From IMG/VR virus record IMGVR_UViG_3300020408_000007, positions 1 through 56,426 of that record: a stretch of 56,426 nucleotides of DNA; one strand, given 5' to 3'. Below are positions 27,311 to 35,194 of this stretch, one piece after another (positions within the stretch are counted from its first letter, which is position 1; each line of letters starts with the position of its first letter). The notes beneath the pieces are model-generated. The model worked only from the letters and a program-made list of their open reading frames with translations. It searched no databases and was not told where the DNA came from. Both the position numbers and the translations under genes were made by a program. This DNA comes from a virus. Its lineage: Duplodnaviria > Caudoviricetes.

Positions 27311-28456
27311 TTAGGCTGCTATACTGGCCCGACTCACGCTAGCCCAATTGGCGGGGCTCATGTTTAAAACATCCCCGCCCAGACGTTGCCATTCATCGAC
27401 GTGATCAGCTTCAGCATTATTCGCGCAAGCTGTCACGGCGTTCATGAGGGTGGCGCGGCTTATCGGCTGGCCCTGCTCATATCCAGACTGGCCGATCGTA
27501 TTTAAAAGCCCGTCAAAAATTGTGCTTGTTTGCTTTTTAGGAATTGCAAGCACTTTGCCAAGCTGTTCAACCGCGCCTTGCGTGTAGGTCCCTTCAATCA
27601 CGTCCCCTGCTGCTGCCTTCATCTGCTCCAGTACAGCGTCGAAAGATTCGCGGCTGGCATAATTGCGGGTAATGTCGCGCAGCTTCAAGCCAAGTGCCGC
27701 ATTATCCGCATTTTTTGCTTCGTCTGAAAGAATGCTCCAAGTGTCATCATCCCCGCGAGCTGACGTAATGTGCGAGCTGCGCGACCTGTTTTGCGTTTGC
27801 ATTCCGTTTAAGCAGGCCAGTGTCCAGTTAATCTGAAACACTTGAATAGAGCCCTGACCAACCTCAGAATTACTGATACCGATTCCCAGTGCCATAACAT
27901 CACCAACATTTGCGCCTTCGCCAATTATGGTCTCAGACTTGAATCGGGCATAAAGCCTTTTTTCTGTAATGTCTGCGTTTTGGATTTTCCACTGGGCGTC
28001 TGATTCCATCAGCTCAGGCAAAACAGTTTCAATCAAGTGCACATTGTCAAAAGTCTTGAACTTGTCAGAAACAAAAGCCCGTGCAGTCCCATAAGTTTCG
28101 GTGTCCATGTGCGTCCGGATCATGCGGGTCACTGGTTCATTTTGCCATATAGCATTCACAAGTCCGTCCCATTCTTCAGGATAGCTAGACTGCAGCCGTC
28201 TAGCAGTCCGCACGTCTATTCCAGCACGGGCTGCTATCTGGTCAAAAGCAACATCATTGATCCATAAATGTCTAGTGGGCTCACCGCCCTGACCCTCCAA
28301 AATAATTGAAGACTTACGGGGCTCTAATAATTCTGCAGTTTTATAAAAAGCTTGGTCAGTTGGCACTAGAAAGTCCTGTGATCTAGCAGCCTGATCCTGC
28401 ACCTTTAGCATGAGGTTTTGTAAAGTGTTGCCTTCGTTTTCAATAACGTGTGTCAT
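27311..28456 (-). CDS. DUF932-like early protein
   Basis: RAFVSDKFKTFDN and ISNSEVGQGSI...LACLNGM motifs. Confidence 0.65.
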   Translation of the reverse strand: MTHVIENEGNTLQNLMLKVQDQAARSQDFLVPTDQAFYKTAELLEPRKSSIILEGQGGEPTRHLWINDVAFDQIAARAGIDVRTARRLQSSYPEEWDGLVNAIWQNEPVTRMIRTHMDTETYGTARAFVSDKFKTFDNVHLIETVLPELMESDAQWKIQNADITEKRLYARFKSETIIGEGANVGDVMALGIGISNSEVGQGSIQVFQINWTLACLNGMQTQNRSRSSHITSARGDDDTWSILSDEAKNADNAALGLKLRDITRNYASRESFDAVLEQMKAAAGDVIEGTYTQGAVEQLGKVLAIPKKQTSTIFDGLLNTIGQSGYEQGQPISRATLMNAVTACANNAEADHVDEWQRLGGDVLNMSPANWASVSRASIAA

Positions 28457-28491
28457 GTCTAAATCTCCATTATGACAGTTGAATTATTATT

Positions 28492-28520
28492 GTTATAGGC
28501 TTTGTCCTATATACTGTCAA
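28492..28520 (-). promoter_or_regulatory. Sigma70-type promoter with overlapping family A palindrome
   Basis: TTGACA-17-TATAAC; TATAGGC-TTTG-TCCTATA at 28494-28511. Confidence 0.7.
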
Positions 28521-28531
28521 ACAGAAATTTT

Positions 28532-28569
28532 AAAAAATTCCCCCGCCAAAATGTGACGGGGGATCTTTT
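28532..28569. terminator. Intrinsic terminator
   Basis: TCCCCCG...CGGGGGA stem with flanking A/T tracts. Confidence 0.6.
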
Positions 28570-28656
28570 AAAGTTTAGGCCATTTAAGCTTTTTTCTTTT
28601 ATAAGGTTTTGAGGGCTCTTTGCCCTGCGGATAAAAAAGCCAGTGATATATTTTGA

Positions 28657-29136
28657 TCAAGAACATGCGGCAGTTTCCATAACGACTTCTTCGTTGTACT
28701 CTTCATCATCATGCTGACGGGTTTCTTTTGTGATAATGAAGCCTTCCCGATTCACGTAATGGCGGGGGTCTGTAAATGTCCAATGAACTCCCTCTTCTGT
28801 GTCGGTAATAATGACGGCCCAAATATGTTTCAAAACACTTTCTTTCCATTCGCCTGTCATGTCTGCGGGAGACAAGTTTTGTCTGTCTGCTATTTTGGCG
28901 AACGCTGCATTAAGTGTTAGGAAGTAATCTCCATTAGGGTCTCTGATTTCTTCATAGGGAAATTCTTTCGCCTCAATAGTTCTTTCAATTGTGAAGTCGT
29001 GCCCGTCATCCGTTCGCTTCCAATTAAACTCATCAGGATTAATTTTTGCCAATTCAAAAGCTTTTTCTTCACTTTCGGCAATGACTATGGCCTCATAGCC
29101 CACATCTTTTGTTGCTATAACTTTAAAACTTTTCAT
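28657..29136 (-). CDS. Hypothetical early protein
   Basis: N-terminal V.AESEEKA..LA small domain; acidic. Confidence 0.55.
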   Translation of the reverse strand: MKSFKVIATKDVGYEAIVIAESEEKAFELAKINPDEFNWKRTDDGHDFTIERTIEAKEFPYEEIRDPNGDYFLTLNAAFAKIADRQNLSPADMTGEWKESVLKHIWAVIITDTEEGVHWTFTDPRHYVNREGFIITKETRQHDDEEYNEEVVMETAACS

Positions 29137-29477
29137 TTTTTTTCCTTCTCTATAATTCCAGTGAATTTAACATAAACAGACTCACCACGGGCCTGTTCAG
29201 CAGCCTCTACTGCGTCTGCCCTGTGTTCATTAAGCTCATAAAAATCGACATTGGTATTTTTAACAGCTTGCCAAAGTAAGTCAAAAAACTGCTGCCTGTT
29301 CATGTCAGTGCCCACATCTTTCGGCATTATGCAAACTTCACGCTCACAATCATGACACCATTGTGAAATGTCATCGTTATGCCATTGTTTGCGGCTGTTA
29401 CAAAAAAACCTATTTGCAACCCAATCACTGCCGCCGCACTCCTCACAAACATGAGGTGTTTCTTCAAAACTAAACAT
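29133..29477 (-). CDS. Hypothetical protein with two CxxC motifs
   Basis: VCEECGG...WCHDCE. Confidence 0.5.
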   Translation of the reverse strand: MFSFEETPHVCEECGGSDWVANRFFCNSRKQWHNDDISQWCHDCEREVCIMPKDVGTDMNRQQFFDLLWQAVKNTNVDFYELNEHRADAVEAAEQARGESVYVKFTGIIEKEKK

Positions 29478-29676
29478 TGTGAGTCCTCAAATACCATTCT
29501 TTATATTTTTTGTAGGCCAACAGCTTGTAGGCGTACAAGTCTGCGAACTCCCAATCTGCTATAGGGTCAAAATCATCAAAGACGGTTTCTATCTCATTCT
29601 CAATCATCACCATTAATGCGTTAGCTTCTGGTGGGGATAGCTCAAGAGGTTTAAGAATTTTCTGTGTTGTTTTCAT
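29470..29676 (-). CDS. Hypothetical protein
   Basis: Overlapping start/stop with neighbouring genes. Confidence 0.5.
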   Translation of the reverse strand: MKTTQKILKPLELSPPEANALMVMIENEIETVFDDFDPIADWEFADLYAYKLLAYKKYKEWYLRTHNV

Positions 29677-29939
29677 AGCAAGCCCCCCAGCATATAAGTC
29701 ATAAAATCATTTTGCTTTGTGATAACGCCATCAGAATATTTATAGATGCCATGCAGCTCCATGCCCTCACGTTTCTTTTTACAAACGTGAATCATGTCCC
29801 CATCTTTCAAACTGTCTGGAAATACGGAAAGAGTGTGAGCTAAAGCAGGCCCAATATCAGAAAGTTTCTTTGCTTTAGAATAAATAGAAAAGCCGCTGCT
29901 ACGCTGCTTTGGGGTTGCATACCAATAGGTCATGCCCAT
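29673..29939 (-). CDS. Hypothetical protein
   Basis: AAGGAG upstream. Confidence 0.5.
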   Translation of the reverse strand: MGMTYWYATPKQRSSGFSIYSKAKKLSDIGPALAHTLSVFPDSLKDGDMIHVCKKKREGMELHGIYKYSDGVITKQNDFMTYMLGGLL

Positions 29940-29975
29940 CTCCTTTAGTTACTGTTGACGACTAAAGGATAAGTC

Positions 29976-30401
29976 TTATACAACAAATGTCAAGTCTAAA
30001 AATTCTTGCCAATTTATTGGATTAGAAAATTTAAACTGGGGCTCTAACAACAATCCTCTGTCCACCAACTCAATTGCTTGTTCCCCGTTATAGACAAAAA
30101 TGTCTGCATTTTTTGTGTGTACAAAAATATAAGTTGGGGCGTGTTTGTGCTGAGTCATCCAAGACACTTGGTGTGGAGATAACCGGACGGCAGAGCCCTT
30201 TGTTGTTTTTAACTCTACAAAATAAAATTTTCCCAATTCAGAACAAACGACAAGATCAGGCACACCAAGAGAAGCCCAACTCTCCAAACGGGTGAGTCGG
30301 ATATTAGGCCGACACTTCTTCTGATGTTTCCGAAATTTCTGATAAAAGCTCGACTCCAGATTTTTCTTCTTCTGGGGTGATGTTGATAATATCGTGTCCA
30401 T
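29976..30401 (-). CDS. PD-(D/E)xK nuclease (VRR-NUC / resolvase-like)
   Basis: RLESWASLGVPDL...FVELK...LSPHQVSW; start uncertain. Confidence 0.75.
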   Translation of the reverse strand: MDTILSTSPQKKKNLESSFYQKFRKHQKKCRPNIRLTRLESWASLGVPDLVVCSELGKFYFVELKTTKGSAVRLSPHQVSWMTQHKHAPTYIFVHTKNADIFVYNGEQAIELVDRGLLLEPQFKFSNPINWQEFLDLTFVV

Positions 30402-30867
30402 GCTGGTCTTTTAATTCCTGCAAAGCCTTTTCAACTTCTTCACGAGACATGCTGTCAATCGACCCATGTCTAATTTCAGACTTATTAATGTAAATATTTC
30501 CCTGAGCCTGCCCCCTACGATATTCAGCTTGGACGGCTGCAGAGTATGCCCCATTTTCAATAGCCAGGTCACGTATGCGCTGCATGTCACGGACATGACG
30601 GGCAAAAGTAATGCCGTACTTTTCATCCAACTCTGCCCTGTATGCTTTTATAGCAGCTACAACATTTGGGTGCATGTTTGAATTAGTAAGCTCAGAAGCT
30701 TTCACATGTGCAGACTTTTCAGGATAGCCTGCATTTATAGCGGCTTGACGTTTTGTAATCATACCGTCGTTTGCAACAAACTCTTTCACAAACTTCTCTT
30801 GTTTGGGCGTCAGAGGAGTTTCTATGCTTTTACGAGGTCTACCTCTAGATTTTTTGACGACTTGCAT
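30304..30867 (-). CDS. terS: Terminase small subunit
   Basis: LTPKQEKFV...AAINAGYPEKSAHVKASEL helix-turn-helix pattern. Confidence 0.75.
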   Translation of the reverse strand: MQVVKKSRGRPRKSIETPLTPKQEKFVKEFVANDGMITKRQAAINAGYPEKSAHVKASELTNSNMHPNVVAAIKAYRAELDEKYGITFARHVRDMQRIRDLAIENGAYSAAVQAEYRRGQAQGNIYINKSEIRHGSIDSMSREEVEKALQELKDQHGHDIINITPEEEKSGVELLSEISETSEEVSA

Positions 30868-30934
30868 TGTAGCCCTTTATATAGCTTCCTATCCTAAAAC
30901 TAAATGAATAAAGCTATTTTGGCAACCAATAGGA

Positions 30935-31199
30935 AAAAAGTTACATGTTACAAAAAAAGTTACAAAATTATTTTTGTATATATATGTTATTATTGTAGAA
31001 ATTGCCTGTGTAACATTTTGATCATTTGAATCGCCTTAAAAAAATGAAAAAAATATTTTTTTGTTAAATCTGTACATATATAAGTTTCACAGCAAGCAAC
31101 CCCTTATCCAGCAAGGGTTACAGCGTAACTTTTTTGTGTTTGAAAAGTGTTACAAAAGTTACACCCTGCTCTGGTCATCGCAACAGAACAGGGTGTAAT
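30935..31199. repeat. AT-rich region with GTTACA iteron-like repeats
   Basis: GTTACA at 30940, 30947, 30959, 31117, 31149, 31158; inverted copies at 31009 and 31124 (one mismatch); hairpin 31159-31198. Confidence 0.7.
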
Positions 31200-31275
31200 T
31201 GTCAATCAACAGCAGAATGGAGATTCTTGCATACATAACCCTAGTCCGTGGGCCGTGCATCGTCAAGTTTTTTTT

Positions 31276-31662
31276 TCAGCCAACTTTTTTAGAGTCGACA
31301 TTCACCCAATGCTGGTAACTCTTGTTAAGAGAATTAAACCAGTAGTCCATAAACTCCTCATGAGTGAGGTTTTTGTCTTTGGACTTTTTCATTGTGGTGG
31401 ACGTCAGCTTAAAAAAGCCGATTGGCACAATGGTGTTTGCCGTTTCGGACATCCATGAGAGGCCACCGTTATCATTAACTTCGGTGGTTTCATACGGCGC
31501 ATACCACACTTGAACAAAGTGAGGGTACGGCCCGTTTCGATCCGCTGCTTGACGAGCAGCCGAAACTGGATCTTTATCACAGGCCCACGTTCCACGATAA
31601 CCCGCAGTTGATGCAAAGAAAGTGTAGCCGTTAGGCAGAACATAATCAGAAGTGTCGGACAT
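31276..31662 (-). CDS. Hypothetical early protein
   Basis: Downstream of a consensus promoter; AAGGGA upstream. Confidence 0.6.
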   Translation of the reverse strand: MSDTSDYVLPNGYTFFASTAGYRGTWACDKDPVSAARQAADRNGPYPHFVQVWYAPYETTEVNDNGGLSWMSETANTIVPIGFFKLTSTTMKKSKDKNLTHEEFMDYWFNSLNKSYQHWVNVDSKKVG

Positions 31663-31730
31663 GACAATCCCTTTCTCCGGAGAAGCTCTCCGGTGCTGGT
31701 TAGTTATTCACAATGTCAAACATCAGCTAT

Positions 31731-31759
31731 AGTATACAACTTATCCCATACAATGTCAA
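31731..31759 (-). promoter_or_regulatory. Leftward sigma70-type promoter
   Basis: TTGACA-17-TATACT; family A site at 31733-31750. Confidence 0.8.
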
Positions 31760-31794
31760 GTAAAAAATTTTTAAAAAACTAATCATTTCAACAC

Positions 31795-31840
31795 TGTCAA
31801 AAAATTGACACGTCAAAAAATTGGCGTCAAATTATTGACT
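31795..31840. promoter_or_regulatory. Three tandem GTCAA-N4-TTGAC palindromes (operator family B)
   Basis: 31795-31810, 31811-31826 (one mismatch), 31825-31840. Confidence 0.65.
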
Positions 31841-31868
31841 TGACAATGTATGGGCGTTGTGGTATACT
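31840..31868 (+). promoter_or_regulatory. Rightward sigma70-type promoter
   Basis: TTGACA-17-TATACT. Confidence 0.8.
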
Positions 31869-31945
31869 GTACAATGGAGAATTTTTTAAAATTTCTTCAC
31901 GCTATTTGACATCGTAAATATCAATCAACAGCAAAGGAGATCCAT

Positions 31946-32542
31946 GTGACTTGCCTTATGATAGAGCCTGTGTCCAATATGACAGCTAACCATGCTGTTT
32001 GTAATTGGCACAGACACAACGACCCGTTGCCTGACTTACACCTGTCGTTTTGTTATGGTCTGTATGAGTATAACAGATTGGCTGGAGCTGGCATCGGCTG
32101 CAAGACATTGTTAGGTGTTGCTATGGTAGGTAATCCTTGTGGTAGACCAACGGGCCCGGACCGCAAGCTTATCCTTGAAATTAGAAGGGTATGTTTTAAG
32201 CCTGGGGTCAAGTTCCATCAATTGCGTCGTTATTATACAGACAAAATTTTTAAAGATGAAATGTCTAAAAGAGTTATGCCTGTACTGGTTCGCAACTTAG
32301 ACGGGACGCAGCCGTTTGCTCAAGGTAATGCCATCAATGCTTACACTGTGCCAAGCTTCTTTCTTCGCGTCGCAGAGTTTTATGTAAAACAAAAATTTAC
32401 AAATATCAAAAAACTGTGGACGTACATACAGGAGACAGAGGACGGCAGATATATCAGTGAAGCTGGCTATCACATAGACCATTATGTGAAGAGCCGTGGG
32501 CCGCGACACGTCGCAAAGTTACGGTTTGCTAAAGAACTTTAA
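31946..32542 (+). CDS. XF1762-family / Mom-like GNAT-fold protein
   Basis: WHRH..P, GVAMVGNPCGR, LEIRRVC, LWTYIQETEDG....AGY; AAGGAG before the GTG start. Confidence 0.5.
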   Translation: MTCLMIEPVSNMTANHAVCNWHRHNDPLPDLHLSFCYGLYEYNRLAGAGIGCKTLLGVAMVGNPCGRPTGPDRKLILEIRRVCFKPGVKFHQLRRYYTDKIFKDEMSKRVMPVLVRNLDGTQPFAQGNAINAYTVPSFFLRVAEFYVKQKFTNIKKLWTYIQETEDGRYISEAGYHIDHYVKSRGPRHVAKLRFAKEL

Positions 32543-32583
32543 AAAAGAACGACGGGCGATTTATATTTCACCCGTCGTTTTTT
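32541..32583. terminator. Bidirectional terminator between convergent genes
   Basis: AACGACGGG...CCCGTCGTT with A and T tracts. Confidence 0.75.
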
Positions 32584-32614
32584 ATTTCTCAAACGCGACC
32601 AGTCGAAGCGTCGT

Positions 32615-32887
32615 TTAGTGGACCGTGTCATCTGGTAGTTCTGCTGCTTTACGTGCAAAGCTGTCTGCGACTGCTATCATTTCGGACACGGTTTCAGGAT
32701 CAGCGCAGCTTCGATAAGCACATTCGATAATCACTGTAAGCAGCCCGACCATGACCAAGGGCTCGTGTTGTGCGTCTCCTGCCTTTGTAGCTTTAGAAAT
32801 TTCTTCAAGAGCATCGACACCCATGTGATACCCGTGTTCGAAGTCTTTACTGTCACTATTGACTATGAGGCGCACTAATTCGGTCAT
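32615..32887 (-). CDS. Hypothetical protein
   Basis: Coupled to the upstream ORF by ATGA overlap. Confidence 0.5.
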   Translation of the reverse strand: MTELVRLIVNSDSKDFEHGYHMGVDALEEISKATKAGDAQHEPLVMVGLLTVIIECAYRSCADPETVSEMIAVADSFARKAAELPDDTVH

Positions 32888-33090
32888 CCCTGCAATATCC
32901 TGTTCCAGTGTTTATTTATAACAGAAACTTCTTGATGCGCTTCACGAGAGTAACCACGGTCACGCAGCAAATTTTGATTATGCAGGTTAACTACCTTTTG
33001 AATGGCTTCCATCGACTCATGCCACTGAGGACGTAGGCCCTCCACATAGCCAGCTTTATTCACCATATCTTTTACGGTTTCATCATCCAT
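32884..33090 (-). CDS. Hypothetical protein
   Basis: Ends WNRILQG. Confidence 0.5.
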   Translation of the reverse strand: MDDETVKDMVNKAGYVEGLRPQWHESMEAIQKVVNLHNQNLLRDRGYSREAHQEVSVINKHWNRILQG

Positions 33091-33102
33091 ATGCTTATCT
33101 TC

Positions 33103-33384
33103 CTATTTTTGGGACTTTTGATCAATTAGTATTATTTTGTGAGTCAAATCACCAAACAGGTCATCAAGCTTTGCAACTGCAGTCATATCCTGATATTTGA
33201 TATCTTCTCTATTCAAATAACGCAGATGCAAAGTAGTCAACAAATTCCTGGTGTTTCGCAAAACGGTTAAATCATCTTCAGTAAAAACTACGCCTTGTGG
33301 GCGGTCTGCCTGTTTAATTACTTCGCCCGCAACTTTAAGCTCGACTTTACGCGGGCGACCAACTTTCTTTTTATCTTCTGTCAT
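33103..33384 (-). CDS. Hypothetical protein with AT-hook-like GRPRK
   Basis: Start moved to ATG 33384 (AAGGAG upstream); KKVGRPRK. Confidence 0.5.
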   Translation of the reverse strand: MTEDKKKVGRPRKVELKVAGEVIKQADRPQGVVFTEDDLTVLRNTRNLLTTLHLRYLNREDIKYQDMTAVAKLDDLFGDLTHKIILIDQKSQK

Positions 33385-33418
33385 TCTGTTCTCCTTGACA
33401 ACCATTGAATAGGTCACT

Positions 33419-33448
33419 AGTATATAAGAGTTATTTTATATAAGTCAA
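33419..33448 (-). promoter_or_regulatory. Promoter with family A site
   Basis: TTGACT-18-TATACT; TATAAGA-GTTA-TTTTATA at 33423-33440. Confidence 0.55.
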
Positions 33449-33460
33449 GAGGAGTTTTAT

Positions 33461-33676
33461 ATGAACGCCGCAGACATGAGCGTAGAAGAATTTAAAAGAC
33501 ATCTGGCGGACATGCGCGACAGGCTTTTCTATTATAAAAACTATAATAAAGAGACGGGCTCGAAGCGTGATGACCCAAAGAGCAAACGCACTTACCTGAC
33601 TCAGAAGCGTGGGCAGGGGTTAGCGAGCGGTTCGCTAAAGCGTCGCAAGCCTATGCGTCATCAGCGTCCATACTAG
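33461..33676 (+). CDS. Hypothetical basic protein
   Basis: GAGGAG upstream; MNAADMSVEEF. Confidence 0.55.
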   Translation: MNAADMSVEEFKRHLADMRDRLFYYKNYNKETGSKRDDPKSKRTYLTQKRGQGLASGSLKRRKPMRHQRPY

Positions 33677-34365
33677 TGCGGTTAATATGTAGATATGTTT
33701 GTGTCGATGATCCCGTGCCGGAAGGCTGGACGTTACACAAACTATATGGTCATCATGGTGCAAATGGATATGGAGTAATTACAATGGCTGACAACAGAGA
33801 AAAGGATGATTTCTATCCAACGCCTCCTGAAGCCACAAAGGCTATGATGGCCCGTTGTCCGTGGTTAAAGTTGCCTGAAGAGGGGAACAAGTATGCCATA
33901 TGGGAGCCCGCGTGTGGCGAAGGTCATATGTCAGAAGTTTTTAAAGAAGCAGGGTTAAGCACATACAGCACGGATCTCGTGGACCGTGGTTATGGTGACG
34001 CTCACGGTGTAGATTTTTTAATGGAGCAGAAGAGCTTTGCTCCGTGGATAATTACAAACCCTCCGTATAAGCTTGCCAATGAGTTTGTAAAACATGCGTA
34101 CAAACTCCAGGTTGAGAACAAGCAGGGCGAAGGGTTTATATTTTTGTTGCGACTAGCATTTTTAGAGGGACAAAAACGGTATACAGAAATTTTTAAAGAT
34201 ATGCCGCCCAGTAAAGTGCTAGTGCATACAAAGAGGCTGACCTTGATTCGGGGCGACCACGAAGAAGCGTGGTATGGTTCGGGCAAGACAGCTATGGCGT
34301 GGTTTGTCTGGGAGATAGACCCATTTACGAAAGAAGGGGCTCAGCCCCGCATTCAATGGTTATAA
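33676..34365 (+). CDS. DNA amino-methyltransferase (N6-adenine type)
   Basis: DFYPTP, WEPACGEGHM (SAM binding), DFL, ITNPPY catalytic motif; true start may be ATG 33784. Confidence 0.8.
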   Translation: MRLICRYVCVDDPVPEGWTLHKLYGHHGANGYGVITMADNREKDDFYPTPPEATKAMMARCPWLKLPEEGNKYAIWEPACGEGHMSEVFKEAGLSTYSTDLVDRGYGDAHGVDFLMEQKSFAPWIITNPPYKLANEFVKHAYKLQVENKQGEGFIFLLRLAFLEGQKRYTEIFKDMPPSKVLVHTKRLTLIRGDHEEAWYGSGKTAMAWFVWEIDPFTKEGAQPRIQWL

Positions 34366-34375
34366 GGAGACCAAC

Positions 34376-34546
34376 ATGTTGCATAAGTTTTTAAAATTGT
34401 TTTTCCCATGCTTTGCGAAGTCAGAAAAGCTTGAGCCGTTTAAACATCCGCAAGAGGAGGGGGTTCAAGATATGTTGAATAAAGCGAGGGAGAAGAAAAT
34501 GAAAGCCGCACCTAAAAAGCGGGGCAGGCCAAAGAAGAAGAAATAG
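34376..34546 (+). CDS. 56-aa protein with C-terminal AT-hook (not in ORF track)
   Basis: AAGGAG upstream; ends KAAPKKRGRPKKKK*. Confidence 0.55.
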   Translation: MLHKFLKLFFPCFAKSEKLEPFKHPQEEGVQDMLNKAREKKMKAAPKKRGRPKKKK

Positions 34547-34594
34547 GGCAGAGATATTTGGGATCGGCTGGTTAAAACTTTCTCTGCCCCTTTT
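34546..34594 (+). terminator. Terminator-like hairpin
   Basis: GGGCAGAGA...TCTCTGCCC followed by CTTTT; long loop. Confidence 0.45.
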
Positions 34595-34620
34595 GTATAC
34601 GAACTTTTTAAAAGAGCAGC

Positions 34621-34857
34621 TTAACTGGTTGCTCTTTTTTCTTGTTCCATATAGGGATTGTCGTCCTGCATAAGCAAAGAAGCCGTAACGCCAAGGTTAT
34701 ATAACGCTTCCTGCATTGGATTGTCGGAGGCTTTGCCCCGCTCAGATAGAAAAACCTCGATAGGTTGGCCTGTCTTTGGATGATAACTTACAGTTACAGA
34801 CAGCCCCATGCCAACTTCCTTCGTTACACAAGGTCTTCGGGTAGGTAAATCCAACAT
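34621..34857 (-). CDS. Stand-alone TSCPD-like domain (class II RNR C-terminal-like)
   Basis: LPTRRPCVT...VTVSY...PIEVF...ASLLMQ. Confidence 0.5.
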   Translation of the reverse strand: MLDLPTRRPCVTKEVGMGLSVTVSYHPKTGQPIEVFLSERGKASDNPMQEALYNLGVTASLLMQDDNPYMEQEKRATS

Positions 34858-34919
34858 ATTTCACTCCTCATTTGTTTGATTCTATCAGTCTATAGAGAAG
34901 GTAAAGTTGAATCTAGATA

Positions 34920-35081
34920 TTAATCTGTCTCTTTTATCTCATATCCTTCAGTTCGGCAAAACACGTCGAACATGACGCGAAGCTGACCGGATATACTTCG
35001 GTTTTCTAATTCTGCGATCTTCTTAATGCCTTTGTATACTTTGATAGGCACTAACACTGATTTCCATTTCGACGTATCCAT
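34920..35081 (-). CDS. Ribbon-helix-helix (Arc-like) regulator
   Basis: MDTSKWKSVLVP..VY..IK.IA..ENRSISGQL; start moved to ATG 35081 (GGAGAAGG upstream). Confidence 0.65.
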   Translation of the reverse strand: MDTSKWKSVLVPIKVYKGIKKIAELENRSISGQLRVMFDVFCRTEGYEIKETD

Positions 35082-35157
35082 AAGACCCTTCTCCATAATT
35101 CCCTGGCAAGGACAGGGCCTCAAATGAGGGTTGGATCCCTGCCCTTACCTGTGAGAT

Positions 35158-35186
35158 AATATAAGACATTATACTAGAAATAGCAA
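35158..35186 (-). promoter_or_regulatory. Promoter for the RHH gene
   Basis: TTGCTA-17-TATATT with a TATAAGA half-site. Confidence 0.5.
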
Positions 35187-35194
35187 GAGAAAAC

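Noticed and set aside
31795-31840. FNR/FixK or CtrA boxes
   Set aside because: Arm order and spacing differ from TTGAT-N4-ATCAA and TTAA-N7-TTAA.
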